Shown piece after piece: positions 9,937 to 21,983 of a stretch of DNA of 64,000 bases. The stretch is from IMG/VR virus record IMGVR_UViG_3300032287_003113, positions 1-64,000 of that record. One strand, 5' to 3'. Position 1 is the first letter of the stretch; every line of letters begins with the position of its first letter. The position numbers were made by a program, and so were the translations under genes. The notes below the pieces were generated by a model. The model was given only the letters and a program-made list of their open reading frames with translations. It had not been told where the DNA came from and did not search any database.

Positions 9937-10124
9937 CTGTTTACAGTAGCGTAAGGGCTGTATTGTTCCGTGTTGTCTTTATGCAACACTATATTTGTAC
10001 GGTCAGTGACCACTAACTTAGGGGCAGAATATTCCGTTTCCATACAGTTGATCCAATCAATGTATTCTGATTCAAAAGGAAATGCCTGTTCGTATTCGTT
10101 GATAATCATGTCTTTGAGTTTCAT
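9933..10124 (-). CDS. Hypothetical protein
   Basis: 63-aa ORF with ATGA overlap. Confidence 0.5.
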   Translation of the reverse strand: MKLKDMIINEYEQAFPFESEYIDWINCMETEYSAPKLVVTDRTNIVLHKDNTEQYSPYATVNS

Positions 10125-10342
10125 AATAGTTTTATTGTTAATCCAATTGAGTAAATCATTAATAATCCAAGATTGACTGTGATCATTGCACGGTCACGAA
10201 TCAATATGGCCCATATTAAAAATATGAAACTGCCTGCATTTAATACAATAGCCGAATATGGATATATTCCCAAACTGGCCAATACTGCACCCGATAATGT
10301 CACTGCGGTGGCAGTCCATTTTATTATATTAACGGTGTTCAT
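10121..10342 (-). CDS. Small membrane protein
   Basis: About three hydrophobic segments. Confidence 0.65.
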   Translation of the reverse strand: MNTVNIIKWTATAVTLSGAVLASLGIYPYSAIVLNAGSFIFLIWAILIRDRAMITVNLGLLMIYSIGLTIKLL

Positions 10343-10806
10343 TAATTAAAATATTGAAAGTACGTTTTTTCTGCTTCGATACGTCTTTTTTCAATTTGTT
10401 GAATTAATAATAGACTTGAATACAACTGAGTATTATCCACTCCATGCTCTTTGTATCCTTCCATTAACATTTCTAAATATCCATCGCTGGGATATTCGTC
10501 GGGTAAATCTCCGGTCATATAATATGTCATACATTCCACTGATTTACCATTATGTAATACACGAACCGTCTTCTTTAGATAATATGCAGGATAACCCTCT
10601 AGGGCATCTAATGCCAGTTCGCAATCAGGAGTAATTTCCCATAATACTCCCTGAGTAACAAACTCAGGATCAGTAATTATGTCCGCATGACGTGCAAAAC
10701 GGAATTCATGTCCCATTAATGTGGCTCGGCCCAAACTCTGAGCTTTGGGGCAACGACTAGCCATTTGGGAGGTGTTGGTATTCATACCATATGCGAAATA
10801 TTTCAT
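10342..10806 (-). CDS. Gamma-glutamylcyclotransferase family protein
   Basis: YFAYGMN, GVLWEI, LDALEGYP. Confidence 0.85.
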   Translation of the reverse strand: MKYFAYGMNTNTSQMASRCPKAQSLGRATLMGHEFRFARHADIITDPEFVTQGVLWEITPDCELALDALEGYPAYYLKKTVRVLHNGKSVECMTYYMTGDLPDEYPSDGYLEMLMEGYKEHGVDNTQLYSSLLLIQQIEKRRIEAEKTYFQYFN

Positions 10807-10812
10807 AATACA

Positions 10813-10841
10813 ATTATATATTAAAAGGATTTATTGGTCAA
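10813..10841 (-). promoter_or_regulatory. sigma70-type promoter, probably giving a leaderless mRNA
   Basis: TTGACC-N17-TATAAT with the ATG only 6 nt after the -10 box. Confidence 0.75.
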
Positions 10842-10842
10842 C

Positions 10843-10866
10843 AAAAAACCCGCTGTAGCGGGTTTG
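10843..10866 (-). terminator. Intrinsic terminator after groEL
   Basis: AAACCCGC-TACA-GCGGGTTTTTT. Confidence 0.85.
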
Positions 10867-10884
10867 ATGTTAGTACACACTAAC

Positions 10885-12507
<1,623 letters not shown>

Positions 12508-12807
12508 TTATTCTCCTTGAATAACAGCGAGGATATCTTCCTCTTTTAAAATTAATAGTTCTTCTCCGTCGACTTTGACAGTCTGTCCAGAAAATTTACC
12601 AAATAAGACTCGATCTTCGACAGCGACACCAAGTGCAGAAATCTCACCTGTGGTTGCATTGCGTTTACCTGGTCCAACAGCAAGTACTCGTCCTTGATCG
12701 GCTTTCTCTGTGGCTGCATCAGGAATAAAGATGCCGCCCTTGGTTACAGTTTCACTGTCAACACGGCGAACTACGACCCTATCAGATAGCGGTTTTAGAT
12801 TCATCAT
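12508..12807 (-). CDS. groES: Co-chaperonin GroES
   Basis: [31 protein letters not shown]. Confidence 0.97.
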   Translation of the reverse strand: MMNLKPLSDRVVVRRVDSETVTKGGIFIPDAATEKADQGRVLAVGPGKRNATTGEISALGVAVEDRVLFGKFSGQTVKVDGEELLILKEEDILAVIQGE

Positions 12808-12844
12808 AATCTCCTTTAAATGAAATGATATAAAATAGTTTTTT

Positions 12845-12873
12845 ATTGTACTACAAGATTGTGGCATTGTCAA
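12845..12873 (-). promoter_or_regulatory. sigma70-type promoter for groES-groEL
   Basis: TTGACA-N17-TACAAT. Confidence 0.7.
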
Positions 12874-12898
12874 CAACTACCACAAATTTATTTATACT

Positions 12899-13660
12899 TC
12901 AAAAATACTGGGCATTGGCTCTTGGGAAGAAACATTCGTTATTTTGTAGTGGTTTAATTTTGATAGTTTCTAGTACAGTTTGCTTGCCCAGGCCCATGGC
13001 CAGGCTGTAAACAAAGTTTTGGTTGGCCATAATTAGGTTAGCACCAGCCACAATGTTGGCCAGTTCTAAAAAGTTATTGACTGGATGATATGGGATGGCA
13101 ACTCCGGTTACCTGTACAAAATCCGCATGCTCTTCTTTGGTTCCTACAAAAATACCCAGCCGATCTAACACACCATCTTCGGCCATTTTTTTCCATGTAG
13201 CATCAGCGGCAGGGTCACGATAACGGAATGTACGGCTTACTACCATAGGTTTGGTTGTGACTGGATCTGCTTCTAGCCAAGGAGTATCATAATCTGCCAA
13301 GGTAAATGGCAAACCAAATGCTATGTGATATGCTTGTACATAGTTACCTTCAAACCCACGGAACAAGGTACCACGGAACCGATCTAGGTCCACCGCAGGT
13401 TCAGCATCGCCTTGGCGCCAGGTACCCACTGATTCGATATAACTCTGACGCTTGAGCAGGGGCTTTAACCATTCAAAGTCTTGTTCGGTAAAGCGACCCT
13501 TGTGTGCAGGATCTACTTCGTCGGGTCTATATCCATATTGGCTTACGCAATTTTCAATGTTGTTTAAGGCAACTAAAAATTGCCCCGATTCCATTTTTTT
13601 TACCACGCTTAGGCTGTAGATAAGGTCGCCTAGTGTACCTGAATGTCTGTATGTTTTCAT
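12899..13660 (-). CDS. GT-B (GT9-like) glycosyltransferase-related protein
   Basis: HSGTLGDLIY and ELANIVAGA...NQ..YSLA motifs; glycan-cluster context. Confidence 0.55.
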   Translation of the reverse strand: MKTYRHSGTLGDLIYSLSVVKKMESGQFLVALNNIENCVSQYGYRPDEVDPAHKGRFTEQDFEWLKPLLKRQSYIESVGTWRQGDAEPAVDLDRFRGTLFRGFEGNYVQAYHIAFGLPFTLADYDTPWLEADPVTTKPMVVSRTFRYRDPAADATWKKMAEDGVLDRLGIFVGTKEEHADFVQVTGVAIPYHPVNNFLELANIVAGANLIMANQNFVYSLAMGLGKQTVLETIKIKPLQNNECFFPRANAQYF

Positions 13661-14547
13661 AATTGTCCTAAAATAGCTGTAGCAATTTTTTCTGTGTCAA
13701 AGTTGTTGTTACAAGGTGTCTCACCTTTTTTACATACTAATTGGCGTACAGGACGGGCCTGGTCCCGATTACACCCGCGACAATCTTCCATGGTTGTAAT
13801 GGCTGTAGAATTATAGGCAGGTTCAAAACGTCGATATGGCATAATACATTCAGGATCCAAGTGTGTCAGCAAAGCGACAATATGAGTGCTACTTGCGGCA
13901 GCACATTGAAATGGCCCTGAATCTATGCCAACAAAACATTGTGCATGATCGCACAGATATTTCATTTGTTGACTATTGTATTTTGCACGGAGATCAACAA
14001 ACAGCGGATGATCAATGTAGTGATCTGTCGCCCCACCTACGCATACCACTTTGAAATCTGTGCGGGATTCAAACAATTGAGCATATACATCAAGCCATAT
14101 ATCCAAGGTAATGTTTTTGGCAGTCCAATGCCAGTTACGCATGTGAACCACAATGAACCGGTCTCCTATGTCTGTCAAGTCTGCGTCTACCGCTTGTTTA
14201 TCTTCATCAGTGGGAAATAACTCTACCGCCATGTTTTTATTTGTGTCCGCAAACACACGATAAAAGTAATTTTTTACATAGTGTTCTGTGGGATTGAGCT
14301 CGTAGGCATCATCAAGGTTGTAGTACAAGTCCCATCGACCTTTGACATCAGGAACTTGATCAACTGGGAACACATTGCGAACGTGCGGATTGTTGCGGTA
14401 AGGTTCTGCAAAGTCTGTGGCTATGTCAATGTTGGCATCGGCGCCATATCGACGTTTGAGTTCACGTACAACGCCTGTGGTCATGATGACATCGCCAATG
14501 GCGGCACGTCTCTGTACTAGGATGTTTATTGGTTTTTCAATCTTCAC
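13657..14547 (-). CDS. Glycosyltransferase family 9 (heptosyltransferase-like)
   Basis: AIGDVIMT, FVGIDSGP. Confidence 0.85.
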   Translation of the reverse strand: MKIEKPINILVQRRAAIGDVIMTTGVVRELKRRYGADANIDIATDFAEPYRNNPHVRNVFPVDQVPDVKGRWDLYYNLDDAYELNPTEHYVKNYFYRVFADTNKNMAVELFPTDEDKQAVDADLTDIGDRFIVVHMRNWHWTAKNITLDIWLDVYAQLFESRTDFKVVCVGGATDHYIDHPLFVDLRAKYNSQQMKYLCDHAQCFVGIDSGPFQCAAASSTHIVALLTHLDPECIMPYRRFEPAYNSTAITTMEDCRGCNRDQARPVRQLVCKKGETPCNNNFDTEKIATAILGQL

Positions 14548-14908
14548 TGGTATGGTCTTGTTTGATTTCTCGAACAGGGTCGTTGAGCTTGTCTGCTATT
14601 GAATTTTTGTATTGCACTCTATAATTGTTTAGGTCTCTTATGTCTAATGCACGTTTCCCAATTTCTGCTAGATCAGCACCGTCAATACGACATTTTTTAA
14701 AATCATCTTCCATGGCCCAAATACGTCGATGTATATCTTCTAATGCCGATAGCTCTGCTTGTATCAACTGTACATCCAATTTGGCTATTTGTGCAGAGTA
14801 GAAATCCAATTCAGCTGTGTTGGAGCCACGGGTTTTGTCGTATTTTACACGAGCTATGGTATATCTGTCAACCAGCTCAATCACAGGAAAACTAAACTCA
14901 GTCGTCAT
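14537..14908 (-). CDS. Hypothetical helical protein
   Basis: ELVDRYTI...IWAMED...N.YR...K..I motif; glycan-cluster context. Confidence 0.55.
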   Translation of the reverse strand: MTTEFSFPVIELVDRYTIARVKYDKTRGSNTAELDFYSAQIAKLDVQLIQAELSALEDIHRRIWAMEDDFKKCRIDGADLAEIGKRALDIRDLNNYRVQYKNSIADKLNDPVREIKQDHTSED

Positions 14909-16121
14909 TGAAATCGGTTTTTAATTTGGGAAAGTAACGCATAAATCCGTCGCCGGGCTGATTTCGTATTGCCTTGATCTTGTTTGTAATCTCTGTGTAA
15001 AAATTCCAGGCCAACGGAACAAATATGACTTTTTTATCTGCAGGCATCTGTTGAATGTAGTCACTGCTGACCACAGGTATTTCTGTGCCCGGGCAGTACA
15101 ATCCTTGTTTGAGAGGATTATCATCTATCACAACATCAAGATCAATGCCCGACGCATTGATCAAAGTCATGCCCTTGGCCGCAGCCCCATAGCCTATTAC
15201 TGTATAACCAAATCCGCGATACTCATCAATTTGATCTTTTAATCGTGTTAATAAATCTTTTACATTGGTAGACCAGGTGTGATATGTGTCTGGTTGATGT
15301 AGTCGTGTTTCTGTAGCCAATATGTTTTTTACTCTGTGCTCGTTGCGTGGTTGCTTGGCCAGCACAAAAATATAACTTGTACCGTGTATAGGAGTCTTGA
15401 CCACATCTATTAGATACATGCCGGCACGTTCAGCCAACTGCTTCATTGATTCAGCATTGTAATAACTGATATGTTCGTGATAGATTGTGTCAAATTCTCC
15501 GTTTACAACCATGTCGGCTTGACTTGTACTGATAAAAAGTCTGCCATCGGGTCGCAAATATTCTGCAGCCAACTTTAAATAACTCAAGGGATCAGGAATA
15601 TGACTAAAAGCATTTTGACTGGTAATTGCATCAAAACTGTCCTGACCCAACTGTTTAGCTGTTTCTGCGTTCCAGAATCCACACACCACTGAGTGGTTGG
15701 CACTGGATATAGGATACAAGTTTTCTGCAGGATCTATGCCCCAGGTTTGAAACTGTGCTTGACGGAATGCGTCAAGTTGACTGCCATCGTTACAGCCAAT
15801 GTCTAATACTGTGGTGGGCCAATAGCTAAATTGCTCACGCACAAACCAAGCATACCAAGCACTATACTCTCTCAGTGTGGCACTAGTACCTGATACGTAC
15901 AGATAGTGTTTGTAGATCAACTCAGGGTTTACTGCATGAGTCAATTGTAGGTGATCGCAAGACTCACAGCGATTGATACTTAATGGATAGCGTGATTCAT
16001 GTATGGTGGTACGGATTTCTCTAAAAGCGTTGGCTAGAGGTTGCGGCTCAAAATTCAAAGTGGGTGTCAGCACATGGTGACCACATGCTAGACATTCTGT
16101 TATAGGCTTAAATTTTTCCAT
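14898..16121 (-). CDS. NDP-sugar C-methyltransferase (class I SAM)
   Basis: Zn-finger CxxC, YLYVSG, DIGCNDG, FDTIYHEH, GYGAAAKG, LAWNF. Confidence 0.85.
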   Translation of the reverse strand: MEKFKPITECLACGHHVLTPTLNFEPQPLANAFREIRTTIHESRYPLSINRCESCDHLQLTHAVNPELIYKHYLYVSGTSATLREYSAWYAWFVREQFSYWPTTVLDIGCNDGSQLDAFRQAQFQTWGIDPAENLYPISSANHSVVCGFWNAETAKQLGQDSFDAITSQNAFSHIPDPLSYLKLAAEYLRPDGRLFISTSQADMVVNGEFDTIYHEHISYYNAESMKQLAERAGMYLIDVVKTPIHGTSYIFVLAKQPRNEHRVKNILATETRLHQPDTYHTWSTNVKDLLTRLKDQIDEYRGFGYTVIGYGAAAKGMTLINASGIDLDVVIDDNPLKQGLYCPGTEIPVVSSDYIQQMPADKKVIFVPLAWNFYTEITNKIKAIRNQPGDGFMRYFPKLKTDFNDD

Positions 16122-16846
16122 TAGTTTTTAATTGCTGTACCGTTGGGTGCAATACAACCTTCTACGCCCAGGTTTTGTATTTCGTGTACATGCGGTTGTG
16201 GCAAAAATTTATACAACACATGCTCAATATCTACATATCCGCCTGCGGCTACACGTTGAGCAAAGAACACAAAACTGTCTTGATAAATCTGTATAGTTTC
16301 ATCAAGCCTGGCAACGGGCCACGACCATAAACGTGCCATGTACTGTAGCGGAACTGTGGTTACTTCTATGGGAAATTGACTTTTATACTTAGGACCAATG
16401 ATAAACTTGTCTGCTATGTCAGTTTGCTCATAGGTCTCTGGATCAAACATGTCATTCAATACGTAACGTCCAGACATTTTGTGTATACGATCAACACCTG
16501 CAAATTGACCAGAATCTTTTAGCATGGTCAATGCACGACTAAAACACATGATTTCTGTGCCATTTTTGACCACGTCCCAGTTGTCGCTGTCGTACATGTC
16601 TTGTACGTCTGGGTCTGTACTAAAATTAATCACTGTGTCACAGGATTTTGCCAACGCTATTAGTTGTTCTTCGGTTACCGGAGTACCACAACATTCCATG
16701 ATAAAGATCTTGGCTGTGGGTATTTTACTCTTAATACTCTTAACAGTATCTAGTGTCTGTTGCAATCGTTCTGCAGGAGTAAACACACCAAACTTACTAT
16801 TAACAGCACTTGTTACCACAAATGCATGTTTTATTTGCTGAGCCAT
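16121..16846 (-). CDS. Hypothetical protein, possible glycosyltransferase
   Basis: ERLQQTLDTV, KNGTE, KMSGRY, DIEH. Confidence 0.5.
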   Translation of the reverse strand: MAQQIKHAFVVTSAVNSKFGVFTPAERLQQTLDTVKSIKSKIPTAKIFIMECCGTPVTEEQLIALAKSCDTVINFSTDPDVQDMYDSDNWDVVKNGTEIMCFSRALTMLKDSGQFAGVDRIHKMSGRYVLNDMFDPETYEQTDIADKFIIGPKYKSQFPIEVTTVPLQYMARLWSWPVARLDETIQIYQDSFVFFAQRVAAGGYVDIEHVLYKFLPQPHVHEIQNLGVEGCIAPNGTAIKN

Positions 16847-17871
16847 CTGTGATTCTCCAAAGTCCATTTAGTCATTTCTGCGATGCGTTCGCTTAGTTTA
16901 ATCTTTGGCTCCCATCCCAGTTGTTTTAACAGGCCGCCATCTAGGGCGTAACGTAGATCATGTCCAGGTCTGCTTCCGTGGAAGTCGACCATTTCATAGT
17001 TTAATTCTCGGCCTTGTGCAGCCGCAACCATTTTAGCCAAGGTCAAGTTATCAATTTCTTCTGTGCCTACCAGGTTAAACTTGGGGCAATGAGCCCAACC
17101 ATAGTCTCCGGTGTGTTTGTAATTGTGTGGCAAGGTTTCAAGAATAAACATCAGGCCTTCGGCCACATCCTTGGCATGGATATACATGCGTGTGCCAGCT
17201 TCTGTACAATCTTCGTTGGCATGGATATACACTTTTTCGCCATCCCTGGCACGTTGGATGCACATGGGAATGAACTTCTCTGGATGTTGGCGTTCACCAA
17301 ACACGTTCATGGTGTGGGTTACCACGATAGGCATCTTGTAGGTGTTTTCATAAGCCACACAAAACTCTTCCGCGGCTGCTTTACTGGCTGAATACGGATT
17401 TGTTGAGTTATAACGATCATATTCTCGATAGCTGACTCCCGGAGGAGCAACACCAAAGATTTCGTCTGTGGAGAAATAAACAAAACGTTCCAGGTTGGGC
17501 AAGTGTTTACGAGTATAGTCTAACAGGTGTACTGTGCCAACCACGTTGTCTTGCACAAACTCCATGGGATATTGGATACTGCGATCCACGTGCGATCCTG
17601 CAGCCAAGTGTAACACAATGTCCACAGGACCAATGTCCTTGACAATCATTTCGTTGAGTTCGGCTTTGAGGTCGTGGAATACAATGCGTAGTCGCTGGCT
17701 TACTTTGACCGGATCATGGTCTTGTAGCATGTCGTGTAAACGATTTAGGTTACCTGAAATATCCAGGCGATCCAGACATACGATCCGCCAGTCGGTGTCG
17801 TTTAAAATTTTATCAATTACATGATGTGCGATGAATCCGGCACCGCCGGTGATTAATACTGTCTTTGACAT
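16831..17871 (-). CDS. rmlB: NDP-glucose 4,6-dehydratase (RmlB-like)
   Basis: TGGAGFI, HLAAGSHVDRS, STDE, PYSASK, RPGHDLRY. Confidence 0.9.
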   Translation of the reverse strand: MSKTVLITGGAGFIAHHVIDKILNDTDWRIVCLDRLDISGNLNRLHDMLQDHDPVKVSQRLRIVFHDLKAELNEMIVKDIGPVDIVLHLAAGSHVDRSIQYPMEFVQDNVVGTVHLLDYTRKHLPNLERFVYFSTDEIFGVAPPGVSYREYDRYNSTNPYSASKAAAEEFCVAYENTYKMPIVVTHTMNVFGERQHPEKFIPMCIQRARDGEKVYIHANEDCTEAGTRMYIHAKDVAEGLMFILETLPHNYKHTGDYGWAHCPKFNLVGTEEIDNLTLAKMVAAAQGRELNYEMVDFHGSRPGHDLRYALDGGLLKQLGWEPKIKLSERIAEMTKWTLENHRWLSK

Positions 17872-17918
17872 GTTGTTCCTAATTGAATTTTATATTATAT
17901 ACTAGTTGAAATGCAATG

Positions 17919-18776
17919 TCAAGCACGACAAGCATCTGTACAGCTCTTACACAGGCTTTCATCTGTGTAATGTGGTAAAGCATTTAATTCTAACAAGCGT
18001 TGCATGGCCGGATTGGTCGGTAGATCCGCATAGTCTTGTTCGAGCAAATTGCCCATAACATGTTTTTTATCATAGTCCATACAGCACAGCAGTACTTCGC
18101 CGTTTGGTAACAGTACTCCCTGATTGTACAGATCGGTTTTGCTACATTTGACGGGATAGTTGTGTTTGGGACTGAACGCAATTGGTTGCTCTTTGACCGA
18201 CTCTGTATCCAAGGTACCAGCACGATCATGTGCAGCAATTGACCATGAGTGACTGACACCGACCCCGGGAAGATTTTGGATTGCAGGATGAACTCCGTGA
18301 TCGCTCATGGTCATGGCTTCGTAGTGTATGCCAGCGGCTTGTACCACAGCAGTTACACCAGCAAATGCATAGTTCCATTCTTCACTGGGTTTCCAACCTT
18401 TCATGTTGCCTTGGTCGTCGGGGAAGTGTATTTTGACAATATCCACCTGACTGGCATAGTTGATCAACAACTCGCCCATGCGGTGCACAGTTGCTTCGTC
18501 CCAGTTGTACAATGTGGTAAAAATTGCTGCTCTAAATCCCTGTTGCATGGCATATTCAAACATGTCGGTGCAGTTGGGATTTACCCAGGGTTCTGCTTGT
18601 CCCGAAAAGTCCAGTCGCACATGAGTGGGTATTTTGTCTACTATGGTTTTAAAGTCTGCCAGCGTCATGTATTTTACATCATCGCCGTAGGCATCTCGTA
18701 AACTGTCCTGCGGACAGTAGTTGCACATCAATGGGCAACCAATCATTGTGGTAATTTCTAAGGTGTATGCGTTCAT
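17919..18776 (-). CDS. Radical SAM protein with C-terminal SPASM/twitch domain
   Basis: CPLMCNYC; C...CC.D...GNL...CKSC. Confidence 0.85.
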   Translation of the reverse strand: MNAYTLEITTMIGCPLMCNYCPQDSLRDAYGDDVKYMTLADFKTIVDKIPTHVRLDFSGQAEPWVNPNCTDMFEYAMQQGFRAAIFTTLYNWDEATVHRMGELLINYASQVDIVKIHFPDDQGNMKGWKPSEEWNYAFAGVTAVVQAAGIHYEAMTMSDHGVHPAIQNLPGVGVSHSWSIAAHDRAGTLDTESVKEQPIAFSPKHNYPVKCSKTDLYNQGVLLPNGEVLLCCMDYDKKHVMGNLLEQDYADLPTNPAMQRLLELNALPHYTDESLCKSCTDACRA

Positions 18777-19642
18777 CTGATTGTGTATGGAAACTCTGGT
18801 AATAGGGCTCTGGCCTGTGTGACTGGATTATTTAAAATGTACTGTTGATATTTATTCTGATTGTCGCACAGGTATTTTGGAAAGTAGTTGTCCAACTCTA
18901 CAATTTCATAACTGTCGTCGCTGTCTTGTTTCCAACTGGTGCGTTTGGCGATGCTGGCTTCGGGGTCTATTTGTGCCAAAAATTCTGGTGTGTTTACTTC
19001 CTGATGGCTAAAACTCTGGGCTTTGTCTATCAAATAGTCTCTATCACCCATGTAACCAAAATGCCACCCGGCATGTTCTACCACTTCACATCCATTGTTA
19101 CTAAACTGATATTCACTGCCAAAAAAACTAAAACGCATGTCTCTTAGGCTGTTGGCTGTGATATCTTTGAGCACACGGCATCTAGCAGCCATGCCCCAAA
19201 TGTTATATCTATCGGGACTGAGCTTCATATAATTAAATTTAAAATTAAATATGGGCATACGCATAGCAAACAGAGTCTGATCACTACGACGCATATAATC
19301 AACAGCCTGTGTTCGCGGTATTTCATCAACATCCGAAATGATAATGATATCGTTGTCATCGGCCTTGGTTAACCCGCGAACAATGGCATTTCGTTGAAAG
19401 TGTTCGTTGTCCCAGGGATTGGCACTGGCCGGCATATCGGTCACTTGTACATAGATCACTTTGTCCAAATAGGGCTTAAAGCGGTCTGTATGATCGTACA
19501 AGTTGAATGGTTTGGCTCGATTTGTAAAGGTTTGGTTAGATTCAACAATGACAAAGTGGTCTACTTTGTCGTATAATTCACTTAAACGCAGTTCCAGTAG
19601 GTCAAGCTCATTGTAAAATGTAAAGCAATCATATATTTTCAT
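18773..19642 (-). CDS. Glycosyltransferase family 17 (GnT-III-like)
   Basis: IYDCFTFYNELDLLELRL, SDVDEIP, AGWHF. Confidence 0.85.
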   Translation of the reverse strand: MKIYDCFTFYNELDLLELRLSELYDKVDHFVIVESNQTFTNRAKPFNLYDHTDRFKPYLDKVIYVQVTDMPASANPWDNEHFQRNAIVRGLTKADDNDIIIISDVDEIPRTQAVDYMRRSDQTLFAMRMPIFNFKFNYMKLSPDRYNIWGMAARCRVLKDITANSLRDMRFSFFGSEYQFSNNGCEVVEHAGWHFGYMGDRDYLIDKAQSFSHQEVNTPEFLAQIDPEASIAKRTSWKQDSDDSYEIVELDNYFPKYLCDNQNKYQQYILNNPVTQARALLPEFPYTIR

Positions 19643-19645
19643 AGC

Positions 19646-19668
19646 TGTATTTAAGCATAATAAATACC
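19646..19668. promoter_or_regulatory. Back-to-back TAAATAC late-type promoter motifs between divergent glycan operons
   Basis: GTATTTA (minus-strand TAAATAC) and TAAATAC on the plus strand within 52 bp. Confidence 0.5.
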
Positions 19669-19693
19669 TTACTGTCAAATTTTCAAGGATCAT

Positions 19694-20335
19694 ATGTACG
19701 CTGTCGCAAGTATCAACACACTAGACTATCAAGATTTAGCCGATTTAACTGATGCACCCAAACAGGAATACTGTGATCTACACGGATACGAATTCCATGT
19801 ACTCAAGGAAACACGGTACAGTCCTATTATGGGCTTTAACAAAATCCACTATGTATTAGACATTTTTAAACAACGCCCTGATATCGAGTGGTTGTTGTTT
19901 AGTGAATGCGATGCCATGATTACCAACATGACTATCCGAATGGAAGATCGGATTGATAACGATTATCATTTTATTGTACCCGTAGATAGATTAAACATCA
20001 ACTCAGGCAACTTCTTGGCTCGTAACAGTGAAGAAGGTCGTGCTTACTTACAAATGATTGTGGACTTGGAAGAAAGCTATAAAGACGTTGAGTGGGCCGA
20101 ACAACAGGTTATCATTGACACAGTATCAGACCTGTCTGCTATTGTTAAAATTGTTCCACAGCGTTACATGAACAGCTATGAACCGCAGATTTATGATTAC
20201 TGCGATGCACGTTTTGATATCATGGGTAACTCAGGCGCTTGGGAACCCGGAGATTGGATTGTACACTGGCCCGGCACATATAAACCGGCTCGTATTGAAC
20301 GAGCAACTGAATTAAGCAAACAAATTGTTAGATGA
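19694..20335 (+). CDS. Glycosyltransferase family 34-like
   Basis: K.EYC..HGY, ECDA, INSGNFL, WAEQ, WEPGDWIVHWPG. Confidence 0.8.
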   Translation: MYAVASINTLDYQDLADLTDAPKQEYCDLHGYEFHVLKETRYSPIMGFNKIHYVLDIFKQRPDIEWLLFSECDAMITNMTIRMEDRIDNDYHFIVPVDRLNINSGNFLARNSEEGRAYLQMIVDLEESYKDVEWAEQQVIIDTVSDLSAIVKIVPQRYMNSYEPQIYDYCDARFDIMGNSGAWEPGDWIVHWPGTYKPARIERATELSKQIVR

Positions 20336-21147
20336 TGGAACACATTTTTAAACTGCCGCCTATCAGGCAAGCCTACAGCAACGATTATACACAGTATGGT
20401 CGTCCGGGTGTGATTGGTTATTGGTTTGAAATGGATCATCCCTATGAAGGGCATAGAGATTTTAGTCAAACCCTAGATATCTATCTCAATGACTACAACT
20501 GGAGTAAAATATTAAAACCCGGTACTACTATTGTAGACATTGGTGCACACAGTGGAGATACTGCTGTACCCATGATGGCCATGAGTGGCTATTGTGTACT
20601 GACTGTAGAATGTAATCCTACCATATATCCTTGGTTGGAGTTTGCCTGCAACATGAATCGCCATCTGGGCAAGTTTGTGGTTGCCAGTGAAGCTGTGACC
20701 ACAGAAGATAACGTCACAGTAACATTCAGTGATCACAACAACGGTATGTGTAACGGAGGCCTAGTAAATCATAACTGGGGCATCGGCGCTGGATCAGGTT
20801 CTATTGATGTGCCGGGTATCCGGTTAGAAACCCTGTGTCGTAGATATTTAAATGCGGAAGAAATTGCCCGCATTGATCTTATCAAGGTTGACACCGAGGG
20901 TCATGATTTTGTAATATTAGACAGTAGCCGTGAGTTTATTGACAGCTTACGTCCAAAGTTGTTTGTAGAGTGGTTTAGTGGCTTTGGTGCAGATGAAGTC
21001 CGGCGTATGTTTGATATTGTTGCCAGCATGGACTATGTTCCGTTATATCCAAAAACATTCGAGACAGCTGATCCAGCTCGACCCAGCGAAGATTTGTTGT
21101 TGATACACAGTACAAAATTACAAGAGTTTTTACAAGAAGTACGATAA
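20332..21147 (+). CDS. FkbM family methyltransferase
   Basis: VDIGAHSG, IKVDTEGHD. Confidence 0.85.
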   Translation: MMEHIFKLPPIRQAYSNDYTQYGRPGVIGYWFEMDHPYEGHRDFSQTLDIYLNDYNWSKILKPGTTIVDIGAHSGDTAVPMMAMSGYCVLTVECNPTIYPWLEFACNMNRHLGKFVVASEAVTTEDNVTVTFSDHNNGMCNGGLVNHNWGIGAGSGSIDVPGIRLETLCRRYLNAEEIARIDLIKVDTEGHDFVILDSSREFIDSLRPKLFVEWFSGFGADEVRRMFDIVASMDYVPLYPKTFETADPARPSEDLLLIHSTKLQEFLQEVR

Positions 21148-21983
21148 TGAAAATTTTAATCACCGGCACCACAGGATTTTTAGGACGCAGCCTGGCCGAC
21201 TATTTTGGTACCACTCACGAGGTCATTGAACACACCAGAACCAGTGTTAGACTCAGTGGAGCCATTTACATACACAAGCCCGATCTAATTATTCATTGTG
21301 CTGGCGAAATATACAAAACTGACGTTATGTATGATACCAATGTTGGCATGGTCAACGAAATACTGGAAAGTGTGCGTGAATACTGTCCTGGTTGCCGAGT
21401 TATACAGATAGGCAGTAGTGCCGAATATGGCCCAATGAATCGTGCTACATCAGAAACAGATCCAATCAATCCAGTGGACGTGTATCAAGCCACCAAGGGT
21501 GCTGCTACACTATTATGTCAAGCCTATGCCCGACAGTACGGGCTTAAAACCATGGTAGCAAGAATATACTCAGGTTATGGCATACACGAAAGACCACACA
21601 GGTTATTTCCCACACTATATCGTGCGTTTTTCAATGATGAGCCAATGACCTTGTATCAAGGCTATCACGACTTTATCTACATTGAAGACTTTGTACGTGC
21701 CATAGATCAAGTCAAAGATTTTGTTTGGGAACCAGGTGAAATCATAAACTTTGGCTCCGGTCGACAGCACAGCAATTTTGAAGTACTAGAAGCCTGGGAA
21801 CGAATTACTGGTCGTACAGCACCAGTAGAAAAACGTGATCAACTCAGCAAAGCCTACGAAAGCACAGTATGGGTGTGTGACAACACCAAGCTACGCATCA
21901 GGTGCGGATTTCAATTGCAATATGACCTAGAAGCAGGCATACAAGATTTTATAAAGAAAATGCAAAATGTTAAAACAAATTAA
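21147..21983 (+). CDS. NAD-dependent epimerase/dehydratase
   Basis: TGTTGFLG, GSSAEYG, YQATK. Confidence 0.85.
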   Translation: MKILITGTTGFLGRSLADYFGTTHEVIEHTRTSVRLSGAIYIHKPDLIIHCAGEIYKTDVMYDTNVGMVNEILESVREYCPGCRVIQIGSSAEYGPMNRATSETDPINPVDVYQATKGAATLLCQAYARQYGLKTMVARIYSGYGIHERPHRLFPTLYRAFFNDEPMTLYQGYHDFIYIEDFVRAIDQVKDFVWEPGEIINFGSGRQHSNFEVLEAWERITGRTAPVEKRDQLSKAYESTVWVCDNTKLRIRCGFQLQYDLEAGIQDFIKKMQNVKTN